Below, in pieces: positions 12,203 to 24,593 of a stretch of DNA of 64,000 nt. Both the position numbers and the translations under genes were made by a program. The notes under the pieces were generated by a model. It did no database searches and was not told the origin of the DNA. It saw nothing but the letters and a program-made list of their open reading frames with translations. Every line of letters begins with the position of its first letter. The first letter of the stretch is position 1. Source of the DNA: Takakia lepidozioides (lineage: Eukaryota > Plantae > Bryophyta); contig CM060731.1 in the NCBI GenBank assembly GCA_030704615.1, positions 1,054,001 to 1,118,000 of the forward strand, written 5' to 3'.

Positions 12203-12801
12203 CCCCTTTTACTCCTCCACAAGACCCTCTCACAATTTGGGCCTAGTGGAAATTCCCTTGGTCGATGGCAGTCCGGAATAGCTCCTCAGACCTTGGTCGC
12301 TTTCCGGCTCGCACGCTTACTTACTAGTTTTTGGTCACCAACGGGCTTGCACCGTTCTCGGGGTTACTACTCCCTATATATACTTCTGTGACTGTCCGCG
12401 GGGGTTTCACAAACAACACCACCATTTTATGGCGAACCACCACGAAAACCCTCGATTCCCAGTGATGAGTCGCGGTGAGCCTTGGCCCACCCACCACGGT
12501 CCCCTTGGACCATGATGAGTCCCAAGACTCCCCACGACTCCCACCACAAGGTCTCCGCCCCCATGGTGAGTCCTATGCCACCCCCACTAAGTCCCACTAA
12601 GCTACCACCACCCCTCGTGGAACCACCCCCACCGCAACCCGATGTGTGGGGCTCCACCTAGTGAGCGCCTCCGCCTCCTTGAGTGCCTTGGGTACTCAAG
12701 GGTGCTTCAGCCCCCGCATCTATTGTTGTCACTGCCCCCACCACAGAGGCAGCCCCTCTCGTGTCCCGACCCCCCTGCCCTCAAGGCAAAGGGCCGCAAT
12801 A
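12203..12801 (-). repeat. 3' LTR of family A copy 1 (truncated)
   Basis: Near-identical to 18386-18982. Confidence 0.9.
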
Positions 12802-13705
12802 CACACCCCTACCAACAGGGAGTCGATGTCCTCATCGACTTGTCCATTTTGTAGAAACGAACATCCAAGTTGTGGCGTCCCACATCAAGGAGTTTGTTTC
12901 CGTACCATGGCGTCTCATGGCAAAGAACCAAACCCCTACTTGACTCTACTCTCCACTAGCTAGTTCGGCCGACTTCCTCCAAGTTCCGGCCAAGGGCGGA
13001 GCCTCTCAAGCTCCTCCCAGTGCACTCTTCTTGACCCACTTCAGGGCCAAGGAATGATCATGCTCGAGGATCGAATCGTCTTACTGCAACAACATTTGCT
13101 TGCGACCGCTCGTGATGTCGCTTTTGGCATCACCTTGAGCAAGGGTTCGTCTTGAACCCTTTTTGACTAGAAAGATAACCTTGAACCAACCGTGCACCCC
13201 AATCACTACAATTGGGTCCGCCTTGGAATGCTGGCCTGAGGTACGGGAACACGCCGAAGCCGCACTATGACTTCGTCCCGAGGCTACACGATTATAGTAC
13301 GTGAACGGAAGCACGCAGCTTCCGCGTTAGCCCGCACTACAAGGCAACCCCCTCAGTAGCGCAGTTATAGTACGCGCACACGCCAGATGCGCACTAGCAC
13401 GTGAACTCCCAACGAAGGTGCAAGTTTCATTGCCCCTTGGGTGGGAGTCACCCGATTTTGGCACTACACAAACACACGATTAAACCAATTTACCTCTCCC
13501 ACTTTGTAAGCTTAGCATGCATTCTACACACTAGCCAACCATACCATGCATCACCATTCCAAACAAAATAGGAACACACAATATTTGGAAACCATTTCAT
13601 TTATAACAAAATTCGTACAATACAAGTTTTTGCAATCGGATTCCTGAGCTAGCTAAGCCGGGCTAAGCATGCATTTCCTCCCCCACGCTCCGGTTGATGT
13701 CCCCA

Positions 13706-16700
13706 TCAACGCTTCTTCCGCTTTTGAGGTTGCCCTTCGAAAGCTGCAACCGCCTCGGATGCGTTCCCCATTTCTGAGGCACGCACCCAAGATGCCTCCA
13801 CATGATGATAGCCCTTCCATTTCACGAGATACTCCGTTTCTCGATTCTTGAACCTCCTCGATTTAAGCACTGCCTCCACCTCGTACTCAGGTTCATTTTC
13901 ATGATCCAACAGCACAGGTGGCGGACGCAACACTTGATGTCGATTCGGACGCGCTTCATCTTTGAAGTAAGGCTTCAAAAGGGAGACGTGGAATACAGGA
14001 TGCACCTTGCTGTTTGCCGGCAGCTCCAATTCATACACATCCTCATTCATAACCTTCCGGATGCGAAAGGGTCCCGTATACGGAGGTACAAACTTCGGAC
14101 TCACTTCCGGAGGTAGTCGAAAATTCTTGATGTTCAACCAGACCTCCGTGCCTGCCTCAAACTTAACCTCCCTCCGCTTCCGATTTGCCTACAGTTCATA
14201 CCGTTTCCTAGCTTTGGCAATATTGTACTTTGCGAGCTCCAACAAATGCTCGTGTTCTTCCAGCACTGCCGATGCTGCCGGTTCCTCAACGTCTTGGGCG
14301 GCCCAACTTGTCGGCACCAAAGGTGCTTTTCCATAGACCAATACGAAAGGGGAACTCCCGTTGCGGAATGTTTTGTGTTATTATAACAGAACTCTGCCGC
14401 ATCCAAGTGCTCCACCCAGTCTGATTGGTCTGCCGACACGTAATTCCGCAAGATCTGCTTCACCACGAAAATTCACCCTTTCCGTTTGGCCGTCTGTCGT
14501 AGGTTGGAAGGCGGTGCTCATTTTGAGCCTCGTCCCCATTTTCTTCCAAAGTGCCCTCCAAAACTTACTTGTAAACTTTGGATCGCGGTCCGAGACAATA
14601 TCCTTCAGGAGTCCATGATGCTTGAAGACGTGGGCGAAGTAAAGTCGCCCCGTTTTCTGCGCCGTTGCCGTCTCCTTGGTGGGGATGAAATGGCCCATTT
14701 TATTGAACCTATCCACCACCACCATGATTGCATCGAATCCTTTTGACAGCGGCATAACAGTCATGAAATCCATCGAGACACTTTCCTAAGACCCCTCTGG
14801 AATCGGCAAGGGTTGTAACAGCCCCGCTTGCTTTTTGTACTCGCTCCGGTTTTGTTGGCATGTGATGCATGTCTCGACATACTCCTCGGCCTCCTCCCTC
14901 AGTTTGGGCCAGAAATACTCTTTCTTCAAGAGTGCCGCGGTGCGCTTGGCTCCGTCGTGGCCCGCAAGCGGGCCATCATGGCATTCTCTTAAGATACTAT
15001 CTCTGATCCCTCCCTTCGGCACATAGAGACGCTTTTGCTTGTACCGGAGCAGTCCATTTTGCAAGTGGAACTGCGATTTAACCCCCATCCTCAAGTCCCG
15101 CATCACGGACTTCGCCATCTCATCCATTCAGTAAGCCTTCCGGATCTTCCTTTGGAGCGTCGTCTCCCCCCTGTACACCATCATGAGCTGCTGCTTTCTA
15201 CTTAAAGCATCGGCCACCACATTGTCTCGTCCCGATTTGTACTGGATATCCACGTCGAACAGTGCCAAAGTGTCTTGCCACCTAATTAGTTTTGGGGACA
15301 ACTTAGGCTGCGTGTCAAAATACTTCACCGTGACATTGTCCGTGAACACCTTCACCGGGTTGGAACCAATATAGTGGCGCCAAAGCTCAAGGCAATGCAC
15401 CACCGCCTTCATTTCTTTCTCGTGCGTTGGCCACCGCCGCTCCACTTCATTCAGTTTCTTACTTTCGTATGCCACTGGACGTCTACACCTCCAATTATGA
15501 AGTCCGACGCATCCGTATAAATCTCAAATGGGCGGTCGAACTCCGGGATTTTCAGGACTGGAGCTTCTGCCATCCGCTGCTTCAACTCGGCAAAAGCTTG
15601 GCCACAAAAGGTGTTCCATACCCAGACTTTGGATTTACACAAGAGGTCTGACAGCGGCCCCGCGATCTTGGCGAAATTTCTCACATACTTTCGGTAATAG
15701 GAGACAAGTCCTAAGAAGGATCGCACTCCTGGGACCGAAGTCGGAGACTCCCAGTCCAAGATTTCTCTCACATTTTTGTCATCCATTTTGATCCCATCCT
15801 GTGTAATCACATGCCCCAAGAACTCCACTTTTGTGACCCCGGATTCGCACTTTGAAGCTTTGGCATACAGCTTCCCTTCCCGTAATTTCTGGAACACCCT
15901 TTTGAGGTGCTCCAGGTGCTCTTCCTTTGTTTTCGAATACACCAAGATGTCGTCGATGTACACGATCACAAAGTCCTCCAACCACTCCTGAAAAAGGCTG
16001 TTCATTAGCGTGCTAAAGGTTGCGGGTGCGTTGGTGAGCCCAAAAGGCATCACCAAGAACTCAAAAGAACCATACCTTGTCCTGCACGCGGTTTTTTCCT
16101 CATCTCCTTCCGCCACTCGAATTTGATGATATCCGGAGCGCAAATCGATTCGGCTGAAATATTTCGCTCCTGCCAACCGATCGAAGAGGTCGTCGATCCT
16201 TGGCAAAGGGTATCGGTTTTTGATAGTCACCTTATTCAGAGCCCTGTAATTGACACACATCCGCAGCGTCCCATCCTTCTTGTCTGCGAATAGCACCGGG
16301 GTTCCGTAAGATGACTTACTCGGCCGGATGTACCCCTTTGACATTAGATCCTTGAGCTGAGTCTTCAGCTCGACCAACTCTCTGTGGCTCAACCGGTAGG
16401 GTGCCTTGGCAGGCGGCTCCAATCCCGGTATCACCTCAATCTTGTGGTCAACTCCTCTTCATCACATCCTGATATTTCTCCAAAATCCCCTTGATCCAAT
16501 CTGGGCTCGGCTTCCCATCGCCTTTTCCCTTCACTTGTCTTACGTAAAGCAAAAACTGGGGCTTGAGTGGCTCCTCCACAGCCCACTCCTTTGCTGATAG
16601 CACGTTTATTCGTCGTCCCACTGGGTTGGGCGCTTCCGAAACTCGTAAAACTTCACCACCATTCCCACACGGTAGCGTGACTGTTCTCTTGCGGCCATCT

Positions 16701-18225
16701 ATGACCGCTCCAGATTTGCTCAAAAAGGTCATCCCCAAAATTAGATCCACTCCATCGATCTCGCAAATGGTGAAGTTCTCACGTCCATCCCAACTCCCGA
16801 GCTGAAGAGGAACATCGAACGCCAACCTCGTTGCCAATTGTGGTTCTCTTTTAGCAGAACGCACCTCAATAGAAGCCCCCACATCACTTGTTGGGAGTCC
16901 CAGCTTCCGTGCCGTTGCCGGGGTGTCATGAAGGAGTGCGACGCTCCTGTGTCCACCAACAACGATACGTTAGTTCCGGAAATTATCCCACTCACGAACA
17001 ATAACTGACTCCCTTTACGCAGGGTGCGAGTCTCCTAATACAACTCACAAGAGTAGTTGTCTACCTTGCAAGTCTTGGCAACCACTGCCTCCACCAAGCG
17101 GCTACTGGAATCCTCGGATAACTCCATGGGTGCCCGCGTCATATTCAATTGTCAGGGTTTCGCGCACTTCTTTGCCATGTGCCCGGGTTCCCTGCAATTA
17201 AAGCACACTCCATCGAAGGTTGCCTTCTGTCCACCATAAGCCGCCGCACTTGGTTTCCCTTTCGGGGCACCAGGTATCGTCTTGACGTGTGAGGGCCCTC
17301 CCTTCGATTTCCATGTGCCATTGTCACCGTGTGGCCTATCCCACTTCTTTTCCGGTCGGAAGGAGTCACCTTCCCGCCAGACCTTCTTGTGGTTCAGCTC
17401 CGTACGGCCTTGTCTTTCGCCCCTAGGGACATCCGAGAAACATTCAGCCCTTTCAATTGCCTCATTCAAAGTCTTAGGTGGCTTCTCCTCCAACTTCCGT
17501 CTGGCCCATGGGACCAGTCCCGCCACAAAGTTGAAGACCATTTCTGGTTATGCCATGTCTGCGACTTCGAGCAACAGCACATTGAAAGCCTGGACATACC
17601 CCCGAATGTCATCCGTTTGCTTCAAATTCCTCATCTTGTCTCGGGCGAGCCAGGACGCGTTGAGGGGCACAAACTGTCTCTTCATGAGTTCCTTGAACCC
17701 ACTCCAGTTCAAGGTCTCTGGGTTTGGACCTCGGTCGTGAAGGCATTTCTGCCACCATTGTTGAGCATAGCCCCTCAAATAGGTGGGAGCCACTTCCACC
17801 CGATCCTCGTCACTCAACTTGGCCGCCCGGAAGTACTGCTCTAGCTCCAAGAGCCAAGTGTTGAGTGCCTTCCGATTTCGGACGCCCTCGAAGGTGCCGG
17901 GTTCCTTAGGCTTTACCTTAAGCTTTGCCTTAGTGGAAGTGGCATTAGCCGCCTTCAACACGTCTTTCAACGTCCCACCAAACTGCGCCAACAACCCTTC
18001 CCAAAAGGCTGCTGGCATGGGAGGCATCTGTTGGTCTGTCGGAGCTCTCATGGATTCCTCGGGCTCCTACTCCTCAGATTCCTCCCGTTCTTGAGCGGCC
18101 TCGCTTCCAAAGGCATGCATCGCTTCCTCAAATGGCCGCTTCGGTGACACGTTGCCCCCATCGGGCTCACCAGGATCATCATCTTTCGGGCCGTTCCGCT
18201 TTCGCTTTGGCTTGCCCGACCCCAT
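13706..18225 (-). pseudogene. gag-pol with C-terminal chromodomain, multiple stops, frameshifts and small deletions
   Basis: [14 protein letters not shown] knuckle, LVDTGAS protease, YIDD RT, RNase H TDAS, integrase H-H-C-C and VSDRD, chromodomain YEVEAVL...EYLVKWKGY...SW. Confidence 0.93.
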
Positions 18226-18266
18226 GATGAGGCCGATCCCAAGGACGATCGCGTACTGGATTCTAA

Positions 18267-18278
18267 GCTCTGATACCA
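18267..18278 (-). promoter_or_regulatory. primer binding site, tRNA-iMet
   Basis: TGGTATCAGAGC on the minus strand, 2 nt after the LTR end. Confidence 0.9.
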
Positions 18279-18280
18279 AG

Positions 18281-18982
18281 TGTCGCGCACCTCACTTTGG
18301 TAAGCTCCCCTTCAAGTCATAGTTACTCGCCAAACTGGCCGCCGGGCCAACTCGGAGCTTCGGCTGCTCACCGGGGCATAACGGTCCCCTTTTACTCCTC
18401 CACAAGACCCTCTCACAATTTGGGCCTAGTGGAAATTCCCTTTGGTCGATGGCAGTCCGGAATAGCTCCTCAGACCTTGGTCGCTTTCCGGTTCACACGC
18501 TTACTCACTAGTTTTTGGTCACCAACGGGCTTGCACCGTTCTCGGGGTTACTACTCCATATATATACTTCTGTGACTGTCCGCGGGGGTTTCACAAATAA
18601 CACCACCATTTTATGGCGAACCACCACGAAAACCCTCAATTCTCGGTGATGAGTCGCGGTGAGTCTTGGCCCACCCACCACGGTCCCCTTGGACCGTGAT
18701 GAGCCCAAGACTCCCCACGACTCCCACCACAAGGTCTCCGCCCCCATGGTGAGTCCTATGCCACCCCCACTAAGTCCCACTAAGCTACCACCACCCCTCG
18801 TGGAACCACCCCCACCGCAACCCGGTGTGTGGGGCTCCACCTAGTGAGCGCCTCCGCCTCCTTGAGTGCCTTGGGCACTCGAGGGTGCTTCAGCCCCCGC
18901 ATCTATTGTTGTCACTGCCCCCACCGCAGGCAGCCCCTCTCGTGTCCCGACCCCCTTGCCCTCAAGGCAAAGGGCCGCGACA
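18281..18982 (-). repeat. 5' LTR of family A copy 1
   Basis: TGTCGCGGCCC...GTGCGCGACA on the minus strand, with inverted ends TGTCGCG/CGCGACA. Confidence 0.92.
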
Positions 18983-19400
18983 CTCATTTTGCCACTAACT
19001 TCTTGATGGTGGATCGGTTGGTGACGGTGAAGACCAGTCTGGAGCACACCATCATCGATCCTCAATGGGATACGTACACACGGACATTGCGGGACTCCAG
19101 AAAAGCCAAGTCATTGGGCAAAAGTCGAAAAGTTCGAAATAACATTCGCAGCGATGATTTCTGGAAGAAATGTGAGAATTTTGTTTATATGGTAGAGCCG
19201 GTGTTAATCGTCTTGTGGGAGTTTGATGGAAAGCAACTAGTAATAGGCATGACATGGTTACTAATGCAAAATCTTGAGAAGCACGTCCAATCCTTGAGGC
19301 ATCCTCCCTTCTCCTTAGAACCTGAACTTGCAGACAGTGTTGAGGATGCATTTTACGACCGTCGTTCGATGGTTCGAACGGACTTGCATTATGCAGGGGC
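18983..19400 (+). pseudogene. hAT transposase middle fragment
   Basis: THFATNFLMVDRL (TRFAT motif)...SDDFWKKCE...[13 protein letters not shown]...[14 protein letters not shown]; cut off by family A copy 2 sequence. Confidence 0.85.
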
Positions 19401-22321
19401 ACCTTCACTGGGTTGGAACCAACATAGTGGCGCCAAAGCTCAAGACAGTGCACCACCGCCTTCATCTCTTTTTCGTGCGTCGGCCACCGTCGCTCCACTT
19501 CATTCAGTTTCTTACTTTCGTAAGCCACTGGACGTTCATCTTGTATAAGTACACCCCCAATCGCGAAGTCCGACGCATCTGTATGAATCTCAAATGGACG
19601 ATCGAACTCCCGGATTTTCAAGACTGGAGCTTCCGCCATCCGCTGCTTCAATTCAGCAAAAGCTTGGCCACAAAATGTGTTCCATACCCAGACTTTGGAT
19701 TTACACAGAAGGTCCGACAGCGGCCCCGCGATCTTGGCGATTTTTCTCACATACTTCCGGTAATAGGAGGCGAGTCCTAGGAAGGATCGCACTCCCGGGA
19801 CCGAAGTCGGAGGCTCCCAGTCCAAGATCGCCCTCACCTTTCTGTCATCCATTTTGATCCCATCCTGTGTAATCACATGCCCCAAGAACTCCACTTTCGT
19901 GACCCCGAATTCGCATTTTGAAGCTTTGGCGTACAGCTTCCTTTCCCGCAACTTTTGGAACACCCTTTTGAGGTGCTCCAGGTGTTCCTCCTTTGTTTTC
20001 GAGTACACCAAGATGTCGTCGATGTACACGATCACAAAGTCATCCAACCACTCCTGAAAAAGGCTGTTCATCAGCGTGCTAAAGGTCGCCGGTGCATTAG
20101 TGAGCCCAAAAGGCATCGCCAAGAACTCATATGAACCATACCTTGTCTTGCACGCGGTCTTCTCCTCATCTCCTTCCGCCACCCGAATTTGATGATAGCC
20201 GGAGCGCAAGTCGATCCGGCTGAAATACTTCGCTTCTGCCAACCGGTCGAAAATGTCGTCAATCCTTGGCAAAGGGTACCGGTTTTTAATAGTCATCTTA
20301 TTCAAAGCCCTGTAATCGACACACATCCGCAGCGTCCCATCATTCTTGTCTGCGAATAGCATCAGGGCTCCGTAAGGTGACTTACTCGGCCGGATGTACC
20401 CTTTTGACATTAGATCCTTGAGCTGAGTCTTCAGCTCGACCAACTCCCTGTGGCTCAACCGGTAGGGTGCCTTGGCAGGCGGTTCCGATCCCGGTATCAC
20501 CTCAATCTTGTGGTCAACTCCTCTTCGCGGTGGCAGGCCGCTTGGTAAATCCTCCGGCATCACATCCTGGTATTTCTCCAAGATCCCCTTGATCCAATCT
20601 GGGCTCGGCTCCCCATCGCCTTCTCCCTTCACTTCTCTAATGTAAAGCAAAAACTGGGGCTCGTGTGCCTCCTCCACGGCCCACTCCCTTGCTGACAGAA
20701 GGTTTATTCGCCCTCCCATGGATTTGGGCGTTTCCGACACTCGTAAAACCTTGCCACCATTCCCAAATGGCAGCGTGACCACTCTCTTGCGGCCATCTAT
20801 GACCGCTCCGGATTTGCTCAAAAAGGTCATCCCCAAAATGAGATCCACTCCATCGATCTCGCAGATGGTGAAGTTCTCACGTCCCTCCCAACTCCCCAGT
20901 TGAAGAGGAACATCAAACGCCAACCTTGTCACCAACTGTGGTTCTCCTTTGGCAGAACGCACCTCAATAGAGGCCCCCACGTCACTTGTCGGGAGTCCCA
21001 ACTTTCGCGCCGCTGCCGGTGTCATGAAGGAGTGCGACGCTCCTGTGTCCACCAACAACGACACATTAGTTCCGGATATTATCCCATCCACGAACAATAA
21101 CTGACTCCCTTTACGCAGGGCGCCAGTTTCCTGATACAACTCACAAGAATAGTTGCCTACCTTGCAAGTCCTGGCGACCACCGCTTCCACCAAGCGACTG
21201 ATGGTATCTTCCGACAGCTCCGTGGTTGCTCGAGTCATGTTCAATTGTCGAGGTTTTGTGCACTTCTTGGCCATGTGCCCGGGCTCCCCGCAATTGAAAC
21301 ACACTCCATCAAAGGTCGCCTTCTGTCCGCCATAAGTTGCTCCACCCGCTTTTCCTTTCGAAGCACCGGGTGCCGCATTGACGTGTGAAGGCCCTCCCTT
21401 CGATTTCCACGTGCCATTGTCGCCGCGTGGCCTATCCCACTTCTTTTCCGGTCGGAAGGAGTCACCTTCCCGCCGGGTCTTCTTGTGGTTCAGCTCCGTA
21501 CGGCCTTGTCTCTCACCCCTAGGGACATCCGAGAAACATTCAGCCCTCTCAATTGCCTCGTTCAAAGTCTTGGGTGGCTTCTCCTCCAACTTCCGCCTGG
21601 CCCATGCGGCCAGTCCCGCCACAAAGTTGAAGACCATTTCTGGTTCTGCCATGTCCGCGACTTCGAGCAACAGCACATTGAAAGCCTGGACATACCCCCG
21701 AATGTCATCTGTTTGCTTCAAATTCCTCATCTTGTCCCGGGCAAGCGAGGACGCGTTGAGGGACACAAACTGTCTCTTCATCAATTCCTTGAACCCACTC
21801 CAGTTCAAGGTTTCCGGGCTTGGGCCTCGGTCGTGAAGGCGTTTTTGCCACCATTGTTGAGCATAGCCCCTCAAATAGGTGGGAGCCACTTCCACCCGAT
21901 CCTCGTCACTCAACTTGGCCGCCCGGAAGTACTGCTCTAGCTCCAGGAGCCAGGTGTTGAGTGCCTTCCGATTTCGGACGCCCTCGAAGGTGTCGGGTTC
22001 CTTAGGCTTCACCTTAAGCTTTGCCGTAGTGGAAGTGGCATTAGCCGCCTTCAACACGTCTTTCAACGTCCCGCCAAACTGCGCCAACAACCCTTCCCAA
22101 AAGGCTGCCGGCATGGGAGGCATCTCTTGGTTTGTCAGAGCTCTCAAGGATTCCTCGGGCTCCGACTCCTCGGATTCCTCCCGCTCTTGAGGGGCCTCGT
22201 TTTCAGAAACATGCATCGCTTCCTCAAACGGCTGCCTCGGTGACACGTCGCCCCCATCGGGCTCACCAGGATCATCATCTTTTGGGCCATTCCGCTTTCG
22301 CTTCGGCTTGCCCGACCCCAT
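19401..22321 (-). CDS. Gag-Pol polyprotein (gag, zinc knuckle, protease, RT, partial RNase H), single frame, truncated
   Basis: Part of ORF 19052..22489. First ATG after the PBS gives [10 protein letters not shown]. Motifs [30 protein letters not shown]. Confidence 0.9.
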
Positions 22322-22376
22322 GATGAGGCCAATCCCAAAGACGATCACGTACTGAACTCTAAGCTCTGATACCAAG

Positions 22377-23101
22377 TGTCGCGCACCTCCCTTCGGTAAG
22401 CTCCCCTTCACGTCATAGTTACTCGCTTTGATGCGCGCGCCTGACTCCCAACCTGGCCGCCGGGCCAACTTGGAGCTTCGGCTGCTCACCGGGACTTAAC
22501 GGTCCCCCTTCGCTTCCCACTAAACCCTCCACCTATTTGGGACTAGTGGAATTCCCTTTGGTAGATGGCAGTCCGGAACAGCTCCCCACTCTTTGGTCGC
22601 TTTCCGGCTCGCTCGCTTACTCACTAGTTTTTGGTCACCAACGGGCTTGCACCGTTCTCGGGGTTACTACTCCCTATATATACTTCTGTAGCTGTCCGCG
22701 GGGGTTTCACAACCAGCCATGCCATTTTATGGCGAACCACCACGAAAACCCTCGACTCCCGGTGATGAGTCGTGGTGAGTCTTGGCCCACTCACCACGGC
22801 CCCTATGGACCGTGATGAGTCCCAAGACTCCCCACGACTCCCACCACGAGGTCTCCGCCCCCATGGTGAGTCCTATGCCACCCCCACTAAGTCCCGCTAA
22901 GCTACCACCACCCCTTGTGGAGCCACCCCCACTGCAACCCGGTGTGCGGGGCTCCACCTAGTGAGCGTCTCCGCCTCCTTGAGTGCCTTGGGCACTCAAG
23001 GGTGCTTCAGCCCCCCATACCTATCGCTGCCGCTGCCCCCACCACAGGGGCAGCCCCTCATGTGTCCCGACCCCCTGCCCTCAAGGCAAAGGGCCGCGAC
23101 A
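22377..23101 (-). repeat. 5' LTR of family A copy 2
   Basis: Homologous to 18281-18982; followed by the iMet PBS. Confidence 0.92.
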
Positions 23102-23374
23102 CTTAGCCCCCGCCAAAGCGTTTGTCATTTTCCTCTCCATATTTTGCTGAAAAATCTGAAACCCCTCCCATCCACGCCTGACATAAGCACTCTCCAACCT
23201 CATCATGTCCCTACCCTTGAAATAATCCACTACCATTTTTTTCACCATATCCAAGGCATCCGGACCCGGGTGGTCTAGCTTGTTGACCTGGCTATCCCGC
23301 TCGTGGGCACGTTTTCTCTTCCTCCGCCCCCCAGACGACCCCGCCCCAGAACTTGAATTCACAACCCCCGACAT
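23102..23374 (-). pseudogene. unknown accessory ORF in the hAT right arm, convergent with the transposase and truncated by LTR insertion
   Basis: MSGVVNSSSGAGSSGGRRKRKR...VNKLDHPG...NALAGAK, then LTR. 32/60 identical (ungapped) to the ORF at 51754-52245. Confidence 0.75.
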
Positions 23375-23696
23375 TGTATAAATTTTTGCCCACTACAGGG
23401 TCCAAAACCTCAGAAAACGGCAATGAACGCGTGTGGATGGTGTCTTCGTAGTTTTCTGCAAAAAAACAGTCCGCCAGAGATCCGAAAACGGCAAAACAGT
23501 GATACGATGATTGAACTGTGAACAAGTGTGTGGGACTGACCAATAGAAAACCGACAAAACCTCCCCCCCCCCCCAAATAATCACCTTTGCACTTCCCATT
23601 GGCAGTGCCAAGCAACGAAGTCAGAAAGGACTACAGGATGCCAAAGAACCGCACCACGAAATGGGCAAAAGTAGTCAGAGAAGGAGGGGGGAATGG

Positions 23697-23704
23697 TTTA
23701 TATA
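23697..23704 (-). promoter_or_regulatory. TATA box candidate for the accessory ORF
   Basis: TATATAAA in GC-rich context (gcgccTATATAAAcc), between the right array and the ORF. Confidence 0.5.
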
Positions 23705-23957
23705 GGCGCCCACCAGCCCCCCCCAAAAAAAAATGGCATTATGCTTGAAAAGGCGCGACTAGCCAGTCGCACCTCGCCACGCGCACCCACATGGGAGAGG
23801 TCAAGGGTTCAAAACCACCTCCCCCCATCCCATTTGTTTCGTTTTTCCTGACCCGTGGCACCTCGCCACGTGGCTGGCTAGACGCCGCTTCATGATTAAA
23901 AAATTAAAACAAAACGCCACACGGCGGGTCCCTGGATTTTTAAGAAAACAAAAAACA

Positions 23958-24593
23958 TGCGACCGCCGCATGGCGGTCGCTATATTTATAAAAACAAAAA
24001 GAGCGACCGCCACATGGCGGTCGCTGTGTTTTTTTTTAATATATTAAATAAGCGACCGCCTACTGGCGGTCGCTTAATTCAAGATTCAAAATATAAATAA
24101 GCGACCGCCGTTAAATGGCGGTCGCTTCATTTTTAAAAATATATTAAGTAAGCGACTGCCAAATGGTGGTCGCTGTATTTTTCAAAAATTAACTGAAGAA
24201 GCGACCGCCAAACGGCAGTCGCTTTATTTAAGAATAAAAATAAAAATAAACGGCCGCTGCTAAATGGCGGTCGCTAAATTTTAAAAATATATATAGCGAC
24301 CGCCACATGGCGGTCGCTGTATTTTTATAGAATATATCAATGATATAATAATAATAATATAATAAAGTGCGAGCGACCACCAATCTGGGCGGTCACTTCA
24401 TTTAAAACATAATAAATTTCAACCGACCGCCAATGTAGGCGGTCGCTTCATTTATAAATAAATAAATTACCGGCGACCGCCAATATAGGCAGTCGTTTAA
24501 TTTAACAAAATATTAAATTACAAGCGACCGCCAATATGGGCGGTAGTTTTTATTTTAAACTAATAAATTATATGCGACCGCCAATATAGGGTG
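23958..24593. repeat. right subterminal palindrome array, ~13 units of GCGACCGCC-N3-7-GGCGGTCGC, ~50-bp period
   Basis: Units at ~23958, 24002, 24051, 24100, 24151, 24200, 24250, 24295, 24372, 24423, 24472, 24523 and 24574. Confidence 0.9.

Larger units (their letters stand above)
12203..18982 (-). mobile_element. Ty3/Gypsy chromovirus LTR retrotransposon, family A copy 1 (degenerate; 3' LTR lacks ~105 terminal bp)
   Basis: 5' LTR 18281-18982 (TG...CA), PBS, then gag-PR-RT-RH-IN-chromodomain order, purine-rich PPT next to the 3' LTR 12203-12801. Confidence 0.95.
19401..23101 (-). mobile_element. Ty3/Gypsy family A copy 2, 3'-truncated within RNase H
   Basis: 5' LTR 22377-23101, PBS 22363-22374, uninterrupted gag-PR-RT-RH frame up to ~19401. 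Confidence 0.95.

Noticed and set aside
18829-19548. 239-aa ORF as a gene
   Set aside because: Chimera of antisense LTR, a transposase fragment and antisense RNase H.
19052-22489. 1145-aa ORF as a novel full-length fusion protein
   Set aside because: The N-terminus is LTR/PBS read-through and the last ~116 aa are the antisense of the hAT transposase across a deletion junction.
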